A DNA stretch of 64,000 bases from an uncultured Gemmatimonadaceae bacterium (GTDB lineage Bacteria; Gemmatimonadota; Gemmatimonadetes; Gemmatimonadales; Gemmatimonadaceae), in the NCBI GenBank assembly GCA_963814345.1, contig CAWFCT010000022.1, positions 171,693-235,692 of the forward strand, read 5' to 3'. The translations under genes and the position numbers were made by a program. Below are positions 53,953 to 63,943 of the stretch, one piece after another; positions within the stretch are counted from its first letter, which is position 1; each line of letters starts with the position of its first letter. Under the pieces are notes generated by a model, which saw nothing but the letters and a program-made list of their open reading frames with translations, was not told where the DNA came from and did no database searches.

Positions 53953-55023
53953 ATGCGCGGCAAATCCTTGACGGCCATTGGCGTCGCCCTGATGGCGGCG
54001 GCGTGCACCGGCGGCACGAGTTCCAACCAACAGAACCAGGCGGCGGTGACGGGCAAGACCCTGCCGGCCGTGGAGACCGCGGCCCTCACACCGTCGGAAC
54101 GCGCGATGTTCGGCCCGCTGCCGGCGCGCATGGACCTGCCCGGGCAGCCGGCGACCGAGGCCCAGGTGGCCCTCGGCCGCGGCCTGTACTACGAGACGGT
54201 GTTGTCGGAAGGGCACGACGTATCGTGCAACTCCTGTCATGCGCTCAACGGCTACGGCGCCGACGGGCGGCGGGTGAGCTTCGGCCACAAGGGCCAGATG
54301 GGAAGCCGCAACGCGCCCACCGTGTACAACGCGGCGGCCCAGGTGGCGCAGTTCTGGGACGGGCGCGCGCCGACGGTCGAGGAACAGGCCAAGGGACCGA
54401 TTCTCAACCCCGCGGAGATGGGGATGTCGGGCACGGGAGCCGTGCTGGAGCACCTGACGTCGTCGCCCAAATATCGCGCCGAGTTCGCGGCGGCGTTCCC
54501 CAATGAATCCAAACCCATCACGTACGACAACGTCGGCCGGGCCATCGGCGCGTTCGAGCGCGGCCTGGTGACGCCGTCGCGGTGGGACCGGTTCCTGAAG
54601 GGCGATACCGCGGCGCTCACCGAGCAGGAGCAACGCGGGGCGCGCACCTTCGTCGCGGCCGGCTGCGTGGCGTGCCATGCCGGTACCTACGTCGGCGGGC
54701 AGGTGTTCCAGAAGGCGGGGCTGGTGGAGCCGTGGCCGCAGTTGGCGGACAGTGGCCGCATCGCGGTGACGCACGCGCCGGCCGACCTGCACGTGTTCAA
54801 GGTGCCGACCCTGCGCAACGTCGAGATGACGGGGCCGTACTTCAGCGACGGGTCGGTGGGATCGCTCGACAGTGCGATCATGTTGATGGCCCGGCACCAG
54901 TTGGGGCTCACGCTGACCGACGCGCAGGTGGGCGATATCCACGCCTGGCTCCGGTCGCTGACCGGCGAGATTCCGGTGGAGTACGTGGCCCATCCACAGC
55001 TGCCGGGGAAGGCGGCCTTCTAG
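53953..55023 (+). CDS. Di-haem cytochrome c peroxidase (CCP/MauG family), probable lipoprotein
   Basis: I chose the ATG at 53953, after GGGAGG. Lipobox-like ALMAAAC. Two CxxCH haem motifs (CNSCH, CVACH), plus NAPTVYN, FWDGRA, KVPTLRNV and PYFSDGS. Confidence 0.88.
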   Translation: MRGKSLTAIGVALMAAACTGGTSSNQQNQAAVTGKTLPAVETAALTPSERAMFGPLPARMDLPGQPATEAQVALGRGLYYETVLSEGHDVSCNSCHALNGYGADGRRVSFGHKGQMGSRNAPTVYNAAAQVAQFWDGRAPTVEEQAKGPILNPAEMGMSGTGAVLEHLTSSPKYRAEFAAAFPNESKPITYDNVGRAIGAFERGLVTPSRWDRFLKGDTAALTEQEQRGARTFVAAGCVACHAGTYVGGQVFQKAGLVEPWPQLADSGRIAVTHAPADLHVFKVPTLRNVEMTGPYFSDGSVGSLDSAIMLMARHQLGLTLTDAQVGDIHAWLRSLTGEIPVEYVAHPQLPGKAAF

Positions 55024-55104
55024 CCGCCGGGGACCGTTCCGTCTCCGCGTGCCGGGGTGCATAGTAGGGGCACCGGGCCGGCACCCGGAGATGGAGGTCC
55101 CACC

Positions 55105-56253
55105 ATGCATTCCGCGGCGCATCGTCCGTTCGTCGTCCATCCACAAACGCTGTTCGCGTCGTTGCTGGCGCTGGCCGTGCTGGCGGCGCCGGCCCCGCAG
55201 CGTTCCCGGCAGCCGCTACCCGACCGCCTGGCCGACAGCACCTACTGGCGCCTGGTGACCACGATGTCGGAGCCGGGGGGTTTCTTCCGCTCCGACAACT
55301 TCGTTTCGAACGAGGTCAACTATCAGCACATCCTCGACCGGTTGCAGGCGGCCACGCCGTCCGGCGGTGTGTACCTGGGCGTCGGGCCCGATCAGAACTT
55401 CACGTACATCGTGGCGCTCCATCCCCGCATGGCGTTCATCGTCGACATCCGCCGCCAGGCGATGTTGCAGCAGTTGATGTACAAGGCGCTGTTCGAGATG
55501 TCGCCCACGCGGGCGGCCTTCCTCGCGCATCTGTTCTCGCGGCGCCTCCCCGCGGGACTCGATACCAATGCCTCGCCGGCGGCGCTCTTTCAGGCGGTCG
55601 CCGCGGCGCTTCCGGATTCGGCGCGCTACTCCGCCAACCTGGGCGAGATCGACGACCGGCTGGTGCACCGGCACGGCTTCACGCTGTCCGCCGACGACCT
55701 GAGCGGGCTGGCCTACGTGTACGACGCGTTCTTCACCATCGGTCCCGACATCAGCTACTCGGGCGATCCGCGCCGTGGGCGCGGCGGCTGGTGGATGCCC
55801 GGCTACGCCGAAATGATGCTGCAGACCGACAGCGCCGGCACGAACCGGAGCTATCTGGGGAGCGAGGCCCGCTACCGCGCGATCAGGAACTTCGAAGCGG
55901 CGAATCTGCTGGTGCCGGTGGTGGGCGACTTCGGCGGGCCGAAGGCGCTCCGTGCGGTGGGCGCATACGTGCGCGCGCACGACGCCACCGTGACCACCTT
56001 CTATACGTCGAACGTGGAGCAGTACCTGTTCCGCGAGGACGATGCCTGGCGCCACTTCTACGAGAACGTCGCCAGCGTGCCCCACGACAGCAGCAGCCTG
56101 TTCATCCGGGCGGTGTTCGGCGGGTACGGCTACGGCCGCGGGTACGGCGTGCGGCGCGGCGAGATGCTGGTGGTGCCCATCGACCGCATTCTCTCGGCGT
56201 TCCGGGACGGCCGGATCAAGAGCTACTGGGACGTGATCGACCTGTCGCACTGA
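55105..56253 (+). CDS. Conserved-looking hypothetical exported protein
   Basis: I chose the ATG at 55105, after GGAGGT. The N-terminus is signal-like (LFASLLALAVLAAPAP). No family was recognised. GVYLGVGPDQNF is loosely Rossmann-like. Confidence 0.45.
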   Translation: MHSAAHRPFVVHPQTLFASLLALAVLAAPAPQRSRQPLPDRLADSTYWRLVTTMSEPGGFFRSDNFVSNEVNYQHILDRLQAATPSGGVYLGVGPDQNFTYIVALHPRMAFIVDIRRQAMLQQLMYKALFEMSPTRAAFLAHLFSRRLPAGLDTNASPAALFQAVAAALPDSARYSANLGEIDDRLVHRHGFTLSADDLSGLAYVYDAFFTIGPDISYSGDPRRGRGGWWMPGYAEMMLQTDSAGTNRSYLGSEARYRAIRNFEAANLLVPVVGDFGGPKALRAVGAYVRAHDATVTTFYTSNVEQYLFREDDAWRHFYENVASVPHDSSSLFIRAVFGGYGYGRGYGVRRGEMLVVPIDRILSAFRDGRIKSYWDVIDLSH

Positions 56254-56441
56254 CGGGTGGGGGCGGGCACGCGGCGAACGCGGGCCGCCGCTGGCGGGGG
56301 CCGGGTGCGCCCCCTCGCGGATTCGCGGTCCCCGCCGTATTCATTGGCCCGTCGACCCCCCAAACGGCCGGCTCCCTCCGGCCCATCTCCCCCGCGATTC
56401 CCCCCCCGTTCCCCCATACGACCATCGCATCAGGAGGCAGG

Positions 56442-59411
56442 ATGTCCAGCAGCAGAGGACGACTGCGCGCGTTTCCCTGGGCCCTCGTCGCCGCCGCCAT
56501 GCTCTGGCCGGCGACGCGCGCCATCGCGCAGCAGAAGAACGATCCGGAATACACCGCGCTGATCAGGAAGGATCTCACCGATCCACGGATCTCGACCGAA
56601 CTGGTCGATCACCTGCCGGCCTCTGCAACGGTGCCCACGCCGCTCAAGGTGCTGGGCCACATCATCGGCGCGCCGGGCATCATCGATCACGCCGAGGACC
56701 TGAACCACTACCTGCAGGTCATCGCACAGTCGGCGCCGGCTCGTGCCCGCTACGTCACCATCGGGAAGTCGGAAGAGGGGCGCGACATGGCGGTCCTCAT
56801 CATCGGGAACGAGGAGACGATCCGGAACCTCGACCGGTACAAGGGCTATCTGTCCGACCTCACCGATCCGCGCAAGACGACCGCAGCCAGGGCCAAGGAG
56901 ATCGAGAAAGTCGCCAAGCCGGTGTACTGGATCACCAGCGGCATGCATTCCCCGGAGCGCGGCGGCCCCGAGATGCTGATGGAACTGGCCTACCGGCTGG
57001 TGGTGGACGAGTCGCCGTTCGTGAAGGAGATCCGCGACAACGTGATCACCATGATCACGCCGGTGGTGGAGATGGATGGGCGCGACAAGGATGTGGACAC
57101 CTACTACTTCAACAAGGACCGCCCGGAGGGTGAGGCGCGCCTGCCTCTGATGTACTGGGGCAAGTACGTGCAGCACGACAACAACCGCGACGGCATGGGG
57201 CAGTTCCTCGATCTCACCAAGAACATCGAGAAGTGGGGGCTCGAGTGGCACCCCACGGTCCTGCACGATCTGCACGAGGCGCAGACGCTGCTCTATGCGT
57301 CCACGGGCACGGGCCCGTACAACGAGCAGCTCGATCCGATCACGATCGACGAATGGTGGACGCTGGCCGAGAACGACGTGCTGGAGATGACCAAACGCGG
57401 GGTGCCGGGCGTCTGGACCTACGGGTTCTACGACGGCTGGGTGCCGAACTACATGTTCTACGTGGTGCACGCGCACAACGCGACGGGCCGGTTCTACGAG
57501 GTGCAGAGCTACGGTCCCGACACCACGCGCTACCACTTCAACCAGAGCCGGGAGTGGTTCCGGCCCAACCCGGCGCCCAAGGAGATTCTCTGGGGGCCGC
57601 GCGCCAACACGAACATCCAGGAATCGGCGATCATGTTCGCCCTGCACCGGGTGGCTCGGGACAAGGACCTCTGGCTCGACGACTACTGGGTGAAGAACAA
57701 CAACGCCGTGAACAAGGGGAAGACGGGCCCCGTCTTCGGCTGGGTGATTCCGGCCGACCAGCGGCGCAAGGCCGACGCGGCCGCCGCGGTCAACGAGCTG
57801 ATGGATCAGGGGCTGGAGTTCCACCGCGCCACGCGCGCATTCAAGGCCGGGAACATCGAGGTGAAGCCGGGCGACTACATCGTCCGCGGCGACCAGCCCT
57901 TCCGCACCTTGGCCGACATCTACTTCGCCGTCCAGAACTACGCCATCGGCAACCCGTCGCCCTACGACGACACCGGATGGACCTTCCAGTACATGCGCGA
58001 CATCATCATCGCGCCGTGCACCGACAAGCAGCTCCTGTCGGAGCCGATGGCACCGGTGACGGGGCACGTGCAGGCGGCGGGATCGATTGCCGGCAGCGGC
58101 AGCACGGTGGTCGTCGAGCATACCGGCGACAACAACATCGTCACCTTCCGTTACACGCTGAAGGACGTGCCGATGCGGGCCGCCGAGCAGGACTTCGACG
58201 CCGACGGCCACCACTTCCGCGCCGGCGCCATCGTCATCGACAACGCCAACCGCGGCCAGATCGAACCGGTGCTCAAGCAACTCGGCCTGTCGGGCTATGC
58301 CATGGCGTCGGCGCCGAACGTGAAGACGCACGACCTCGACATCCCGCGCATTCTGTACCTGCACAGCTGGTCGCGCACGCAGGACGAAGGGTGGGTGCGG
58401 GCCGCGCTCGATACTTACGGAGTGCCGTACACCTACATGGGCGACAAGGAAATCGCCGCGATGCCCGACCTGCGGGCGCACTACGACGTGGTCGTGTTCC
58501 CGCACGTGGGCGGCACGGCGGCCTCGATCGTGGCCGGGATCGCGAAAACGGGCACGATGCCGCTGCCGTACGAGAAGAGCGCCAAGTACCCGAGCTTGGG
58601 CACGCCCGACTCCAGTCCCGACATTCGCGGCGGCATGGGAGTGGAAGGCCTCATGAACCTGTACCGGTTCGTGCAGGACGGCGGCACGCTGATCACCGAA
58701 GGCAACACGTCGATCCTGTTCCCCGAGTACAACCTCACGCCGGGGGTCAGCGTCGAGGCGCCGGCCGAGCTGTTCGCGCGCGGCTCGGTGATGCGCGGCG
58801 TGATTGCCGACATGAACAGCCCACTCGTGTACGGCCTGGCCGATGCGCAGATGCCCGTGTACTTCAGCCAGGGGCCGGTGCTCAACGTCGCCGCCGGTGG
58901 CGGCGGGTTCGCGTTCAACCGGGGCGGCGCAGGGTACAGCCAGAACACGCAGCCCATGGCCACTCCGATCAAGGACATCTCGGTACTGCTCCCGGGTGGC
59001 GCGCCGCCGCTGCCCGACGAACTGAATCCCAGAACGCAGGCGGCCGAGGCCGGTCGAGCTGGTGGACGAGGCTTCGGCCGGGGCGGACGCGGCGGTCGCG
59101 GGGGCGCGGTTTCCGAAGAGCGCCCGCGTGTCGTGATGCGCTTCCCCACGGATACCACGCAGATGTTGTTGTCGGGCGTGCTCGCCGGCGGGAGCGCGCT
59201 CGATGGACGCGCCCAACTCGTGGACGATCCGATCGGCAAGGGGCACGTGGTCATGTTCGCCATCCGGCCCTTCTGGCGGTGGCAGACGCAGGGCACGTTC
59301 ATCCTCGGCTTCAACGCGATCCTGAACTGGAACGACCTGAGCGCCGGCGAGCAGTCCGGCAACGGGCCAGGCCGGTCGGGTCGCGGCGGACGGCGGGGGG
59401 GCGGCCGGTAG
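56442..59411 (+). CDS. Large secreted M14-family zinc carboxypeptidase-like protein (989 aa) with Arg/Gly-rich segments
   Basis: I chose the ATG at 56442, after AGGAGG. Signal peptide ..ALVAAAMLWPATRAIAQ. The M14 zinc site is in GMHSPERGGPEM (HxxE), preceded by IGKSEEGRDMAVLIIG. RGG-type tracts: GRGFGRGGRGGRGG and the C-terminal GRSGRGGRRGGGR. Confidence 0.75.
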   Translation: MSSSRGRLRAFPWALVAAAMLWPATRAIAQQKNDPEYTALIRKDLTDPRISTELVDHLPASATVPTPLKVLGHIIGAPGIIDHAEDLNHYLQVIAQSAPARARYVTIGKSEEGRDMAVLIIGNEETIRNLDRYKGYLSDLTDPRKTTAARAKEIEKVAKPVYWITSGMHSPERGGPEMLMELAYRLVVDESPFVKEIRDNVITMITPVVEMDGRDKDVDTYYFNKDRPEGEARLPLMYWGKYVQHDNNRDGMGQFLDLTKNIEKWGLEWHPTVLHDLHEAQTLLYASTGTGPYNEQLDPITIDEWWTLAENDVLEMTKRGVPGVWTYGFYDGWVPNYMFYVVHAHNATGRFYEVQSYGPDTTRYHFNQSREWFRPNPAPKEILWGPRANTNIQESAIMFALHRVARDKDLWLDDYWVKNNNAVNKGKTGPVFGWVIPADQRRKADAAAAVNELMDQGLEFHRATRAFKAGNIEVKPGDYIVRGDQPFRTLADIYFAVQNYAIGNPSPYDDTGWTFQYMRDIIIAPCTDKQLLSEPMAPVTGHVQAAGSIAGSGSTVVVEHTGDNNIVTFRYTLKDVPMRAAEQDFDADGHHFRAGAIVIDNANRGQIEPVLKQLGLSGYAMASAPNVKTHDLDIPRILYLHSWSRTQDEGWVRAALDTYGVPYTYMGDKEIAAMPDLRAHYDVVVFPHVGGTAASIVAGIAKTGTMPLPYEKSAKYPSLGTPDSSPDIRGGMGVEGLMNLYRFVQDGGTLITEGNTSILFPEYNLTPGVSVEAPAELFARGSVMRGVIADMNSPLVYGLADAQMPVYFSQGPVLNVAAGGGGFAFNRGGAGYSQNTQPMATPIKDISVLLPGGAPPLPDELNPRTQAAEAGRAGGRGFGRGGRGGRGGAVSEERPRVVMRFPTDTTQMLLSGVLAGGSALDGRAQLVDDPIGKGHVVMFAIRPFWRWQTQGTFILGFNAILNWNDLSAGEQSGNGPGRSGRGGRRGGGR

Positions 59412-59440
59412 CCGCTGCGCGTTCGTTACATGAAGGTGGT

Positions 59441-59474
59441 GAAGCGGCCCGCACCGGGTGGTGCGGGCCGCTTC
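59441..59474 (+). terminator. Strong hairpin (15-bp perfect stem, 4-nt loop) after the M14 gene
   Basis: GAAGCGGCCCGCACC-gggt-GGTGCGGGCCGCTTC, 30 nt after the stop. No clear T-tract follows. Confidence 0.6.
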
Positions 59475-59573
59475 GCCTTCCTCCGCCGGACGGCTCCGCG
59501 AATTCCCGGACAGTAGATAAACCGCATACCGCCCCGATAGTTTGCGGAATCCGAAAAGTCCGGAGGAGCAGCG

Positions 59574-60737
59574 ATGGGTGTCGGGCGTGTTGGGCGCCGA
59601 GGGCGGTGGATGCGGGTAGCCGCCTCGGCCGTGGTGGTGGGTGGGGCGGCGTGCGGGGGCAAGCCGCAGTCCGGGGGACCCGGCGGTTTCACGATGCCGC
59701 CGGCGCAGGTGGCGGTGGTGACCGTGAATCCCCACGTGGTGGCGACGCCCTACGAATTCGCCGGGCAGGTCGAAGCGTTCCGGCGCGTCGAAGTGCGCTC
59801 GCGCGTGGAAGGCGTGATCGAAGCCCGGCCGTTCACGGATGGATCGCTGGTCCGGCGCGGCGCCTTGCTGTATCAGCTCGACACGGTCCGCTACTCGGCG
59901 GCGTACGAAGGCGCCCTTGCGACGTACGACAACGCCACGCGAACGCTTGCCCGGTTGCAGCCGCTGCTTCCGCGCCACGCGGTGGCTCAGCAGGACGTGG
60001 ACAACGCCCAGACGGCCGTCGAGGCCGCGAAGGCCGCGCTCGACCAGGCCCGCAAGGACCTGCACGATACGCAGATCCGCGCCGGAATCGACGGGCGCAT
60101 CGCGCGCACGCGGTTTCAGGTCGGGGCTCGCGTCACCGGGCCGGCGGACCTGTTGACGACCATCGATCAGCTCGATCCCATCTACGTGGGCTTCCGGCCA
60201 CCGTCCGACCAGATCGCGGCCTGGCATCGCAGCGCGTCGGATCGCGCGCTGATCCGGCCGGGCAGCAAGCTGGTGGTTCACGTGGTGTTCGAGGACGGCT
60301 CGGAGCTGCCGGCCGTGGGCCGGCTCGACTACGTATCGCCGGTGATCGACTCCGCCACCGGCACGCAGGAATATCGCGCGCGCTTCGGCAACCGCGACGG
60401 GACGCTCGTGCCGGGCGAGTTCGTGCACGTCCGGCTCGACGGGTTCGTGGATCCGCACGCGATCACGGTGCCGCAGCGGGCGGTCCAGCAGGGACTCGGG
60501 CGGCAGTTCGTGTATGTCGTGGGACCGGGCGATACGGTCTCGACGCGCGATATCGTGCCCGGCCGGTGGACGGGTCATGACTGGGTGATCGACAGCGGGC
60601 TCGTCGCAGGCGACCGGGTGATCGTGGATGGGGTGCAGAAGGTGGGACCGGGGCGGGTGGTGAAGCCCGTGCCGGCGACCGATTCGAGTGCCGGTGCCGC
60701 CGCCCCGACGGCGCGCCCGGGCGGCGCCAAGCCGTGA
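59574..60737 (+). CDS. RND efflux periplasmic adaptor (membrane fusion protein, AcrA/HlyD family)
   Basis: Lipobox-like VVGGAACGG. Barrel-sandwich, hairpin and beta-barrel pattern: VEVRSRVEGVI, LYQLD, AKAALDQARKDLHDTQIRAGIDGRI, VIVDGVQKV. RBS GGAGGAG. Confidence 0.88.
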   Translation: MGVGRVGRRGRWMRVAASAVVVGGAACGGKPQSGGPGGFTMPPAQVAVVTVNPHVVATPYEFAGQVEAFRRVEVRSRVEGVIEARPFTDGSLVRRGALLYQLDTVRYSAAYEGALATYDNATRTLARLQPLLPRHAVAQQDVDNAQTAVEAAKAALDQARKDLHDTQIRAGIDGRIARTRFQVGARVTGPADLLTTIDQLDPIYVGFRPPSDQIAAWHRSASDRALIRPGSKLVVHVVFEDGSELPAVGRLDYVSPVIDSATGTQEYRARFGNRDGTLVPGEFVHVRLDGFVDPHAITVPQRAVQQGLGRQFVYVVGPGDTVSTRDIVPGRWTGHDWVIDSGLVAGDRVIVDGVQKVGPGRVVKPVPATDSSAGAAAPTARPGGAKP

Positions 60738-63700
60738 GCGGCGTCGTGCCGTCCGGCGAGGGAGGAAGCGGCGGGCCGTCCCGGAGTGGGCGTCCCCCGG
60801 AAGCGCGCTACTTCTTCATCCGGCGCCCGGTGTTGGCGTCGGTGCTGTCCATCGTCATTACGCTGCTCGGGCTGCTGGCGATCTTCGTGCTGCCCGTCGC
60901 GCAGTACCCGAACATCACGCCGCCGGCCATCCGGGTCACGGCGGTTTATCCGGGGGCATCCGCCGAGGACGTGGAACAGGCCGTGGCGGCGCCGATCGAA
61001 GAGCAGCTGGCCGGCTTGCAGGGCCTCCTGTACTACTCGTCGGCGAACTCGAGCGACGGAACGATGATGCTGACGATCACGTTCGACGTATCGCGCGATC
61101 AGGATCTCGCGGCGGTCGACGTGCAGAACGCCATCAAACTCGCCGAGCCGCAGCTTCCACAGTCGGTGCTCACCAACGGCATCACGATCGTCAAGGCGAA
61201 CACCAACATCCTGGCGCTGGTGGCGCTGACGTCCGACGACCCCAAGTACGACGCGTCGTATCTCACCAACTATCTGAACCTGTACGTGCTCGACGAGCTG
61301 AAGCGCGTACCGGGCGTGGGTGATGCCACGGCCTTTGCGGGGCTCAACTACGCGATGCGGATCCAGCTCGATCCCGAGAAGATGGCGCGGTTGGGGATCA
61401 CCGTCGGCGACGTGACGAGCGCGGTGCGCGAGCAGAACGCCACCAACCCGGCCGGCCGGCTGGGGCGGGAGCCGTCGCCGCCGGGCACGGAGTTGACGAT
61501 CCCGGTCACGGCGCAGGGACGGCTGCAGACCACGCAGCAGTTCGACGACATCATCGTCCGGGCCCAGGCCGACGGCGCGGTCGTGCGCATCCGCGACATC
61601 GGGCGCGCGGTGCTCGGGGCCCAGAGCTACGACCTGCAGGGGCGGCTGGACGGCCGGCCGACCGCGGTGGTGCTGCTCTACGCGCGGCCGGGGGCCAACG
61701 CGCTCGCCGTGAAGGATGCGATCGCGAAGCGGATGGACGAACTGTCGGCGAGCTTCCCGCGGGGCGTGAAGTACGAGATCCCGTTCGACACCACGCCCTT
61801 CGTCACCGCATCGATTCGCGAGGTCTCGATCACGCTCATCGAGGCGCTGATCCTGGTGACGCTGGTGGTGTTCCTGTTCCTGCAGAGCTGGCGGGCCACG
61901 CTGATCCCGATGCTCGCCGTGCCGGTGAGCGTGATCGGCACGTTCGGCGGGCTGCTGGTGCTGCACATGTCGATCAACGTGCTCACGCTGTTCGGCCTCG
62001 TGCTGGCCATCGGGATCGTGGTGGACGACGCGATCGTCGTGATCGAGAACGTCGAGCGCATCATGGCCAGCGAGAAGCTGTCCGCGCGCGAGGCCGCCGA
62101 CCGGGCCATCACGCAGGTGGCGAGTGCCCTGGTGGCCATCGTGCTGTCGCTCTGCGCCGTGTTCATCCCGGTGGCGTTCATCGGCGGGGTGACGGGCGCG
62201 CTCTTCCGGCAGTTCGCCATCACGATCGTCGTCGCGGTCGTCCTGTCCGGGATCGTGGCGCTCAGTCTCACGCCGGCGCTCTGTTCGCTGCTGCTCAAGG
62301 AGTCGAACGAGGCGAACACCACCGGCTTCTTCGGTTGGTTCAACCGCACCTTCGAACGCGGCCGCCGCCGGTACACCGGGATCACCGGGAGCGTGCTCGA
62401 CCATCCGCGCGTCTGGCTCGCGTTCTTCCTCGTGATCGTCGCCCTCACGGGGCTGCTCTGGCGCCGGATCCCGACGGCGTTCCTCCCCACGGAGGACAAG
62501 GGATACATGGCAATCGCGGTGCAGCTCCCGGACGCCGCCTCGCTGCAGCGCACGGTGGACGTGGTGCAGCAGGTCGAGGGGATTCTCCGGCAGCAGCCCG
62601 GGGTGGCGCACTTCGTGGCGCTGGCGGGGTTCAGCATCCTCGGGTTCTCGTCGCAGACCAATGCCGCGACGGTGTTCGCGCAGTTCAAACCGTGGGGCGA
62701 GCGAGGGCCGGGGCAGTCGGCCGACGCCATCGCGGCGCGGGTGAACGGCGCGTTGTTCGCCCTCAAGGGCGCCACGGCATTCGCGTTCAATCTGCCCGAG
62801 GTGCCGGGCCTCGGCACGTCGGCCGGCATCGAGCTCAACCTGCAGAACCGCAGTGGGGAGGACATCCGCGCCTTCGCGCAGCAGGTGCAGGCGTTCCAGG
62901 CGGACGTGAACGAGTTGCCGGCCGCGCAGAACGTCACCACCCAGTTCCGCGCCAGCGTCCCGCAATTGTACGTCACCGTCGATCGCACGGCCGCCAAGGC
63001 GCGTGGCGTGAACCTCAGTGACCTGTTCGGTACGCTGCAGACGTTCCTGTCGTCGGTGTACATCAACGATTTCAACCTGCACGGCAAGACGTTCCGCGTG
63101 CAGGCGGAGGCCGAGCCGCAGTTCCGGCAGTCGCCGGCCGACATCGGCCACCTGTACGTGCGGGGCAGCGGCGATGCCATGATCCCCGTGTCGGCGCTCA
63201 CCACGACCGAGTTCCGGAGCGGCCCGACGGTCATTCCGCGCTTCAACGGATTCCCGTCGGCGCTGTTCACGGGCACGCCCAAGCCGGGGTGGAGTTCCGG
63301 CCAGTTGCTCAACCAGATCGACTCGCTCGTCAGGGCGCGGTTCGCCTCGTCGGGGGTCGGCGTCGCGTACTCCGGGCAGTCGTACCAGGAGCGGGCCTCG
63401 AGCGGTGATGCGGCGCTCGTATTCGGCATCGGATTGCTGATCGTGTTCCTGGTGCTCGCGGCGCAGTACGAGAGTTGGTCGGTCCCGTTCGCGGTGCTGC
63501 TCGGCCTGCCGTTCGGCGTGCTCGGGGCGCTGCTCGGCATCTGGCTGCGCGGCCAGGCCAACGACATCTATTTCCAGGTGGGGGTGATCGCCGTGGTGGG
63601 GTTGGCGGCCAAGAACGCGATTCTGATCGTGGAATTCGCCACGGAACTGCGCGGGCAGGGCATGTCGATCCGCGAGGCCGCGCACGAGGCGGCACGCGAA

Positions 63701-63943
63701 CGGTTGCGCCCCATTCTCATGACCTCGTTCGCGTTCATTCTCGGGGTACTGCCGCTGGCCATCGCCACCGGCGCGGGCTCGGCGAGCCGCCACTCGATCG
63801 GCACGGGGGTGTTCGCGGGCATGCTCATCGCGACGACCGTGGGCATCTTCTTCATTCCGCTGTTCTTCGAAGTGATCCGGCAACTCGCCGAGGGCGGGCG
63901 AGCACGGGCGGCGGCCGGGGACGCCGCGGGAGGGACACGATGA
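60734..63943 (+). CDS. RND multidrug efflux permease (HAE1, AcrB-like)
   Basis: 1069 aa. FFIRRPVLASVLSIVITLLG, GIVVDDAIVVIEN, and a 12-TM plus two periplasmic-loop architecture. GTGA overlap with the MFP gene. Confidence 0.93.
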   Translation: MSGVVPSGEGGSGGPSRSGRPPEARYFFIRRPVLASVLSIVITLLGLLAIFVLPVAQYPNITPPAIRVTAVYPGASAEDVEQAVAAPIEEQLAGLQGLLYYSSANSSDGTMMLTITFDVSRDQDLAAVDVQNAIKLAEPQLPQSVLTNGITIVKANTNILALVALTSDDPKYDASYLTNYLNLYVLDELKRVPGVGDATAFAGLNYAMRIQLDPEKMARLGITVGDVTSAVREQNATNPAGRLGREPSPPGTELTIPVTAQGRLQTTQQFDDIIVRAQADGAVVRIRDIGRAVLGAQSYDLQGRLDGRPTAVVLLYARPGANALAVKDAIAKRMDELSASFPRGVKYEIPFDTTPFVTASIREVSITLIEALILVTLVVFLFLQSWRATLIPMLAVPVSVIGTFGGLLVLHMSINVLTLFGLVLAIGIVVDDAIVVIENVERIMASEKLSAREAADRAITQVASALVAIVLSLCAVFIPVAFIGGVTGALFRQFAITIVVAVVLSGIVALSLTPALCSLLLKESNEANTTGFFGWFNRTFERGRRRYTGITGSVLDHPRVWLAFFLVIVALTGLLWRRIPTAFLPTEDKGYMAIAVQLPDAASLQRTVDVVQQVEGILRQQPGVAHFVALAGFSILGFSSQTNAATVFAQFKPWGERGPGQSADAIAARVNGALFALKGATAFAFNLPEVPGLGTSAGIELNLQNRSGEDIRAFAQQVQAFQADVNELPAAQNVTTQFRASVPQLYVTVDRTAAKARGVNLSDLFGTLQTFLSSVYINDFNLHGKTFRVQAEAEPQFRQSPADIGHLYVRGSGDAMIPVSALTTTEFRSGPTVIPRFNGFPSALFTGTPKPGWSSGQLLNQIDSLVRARFASSGVGVAYSGQSYQERASSGDAALVFGIGLLIVFLVLAAQYESWSVPFAVLLGLPFGVLGALLGIWLRGQANDIYFQVGVIAVVGLAAKNAILIVEFATELRGQGMSIREAAHEAARERLRPILMTSFAFILGVLPLAIATGAGSASRHSIGTGVFAGMLIATTVGIFFIPLFFEVIRQLAEGGRARAAAGDAAGGTR

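Noticed and set aside
56254-56441. C-rich tracts (runs of 5-7 C) in the leader of the M14 peptidase gene as a regulatory element
   Set aside because: They occur only once, with no partner structure or repeat that I could identify. They may simply reflect composition.
56430-60578. 1382-aa minus-strand ORF
   Set aside because: It is antisense to the M14 peptidase and MFP genes and runs straight through a strong terminator hairpin. It has no recognisable domains.
60575-63883. 1102-aa minus-strand ORF
   Set aside because: It is antisense to an unmistakable AcrB-type RND permease. The composition is that of a shadow frame.
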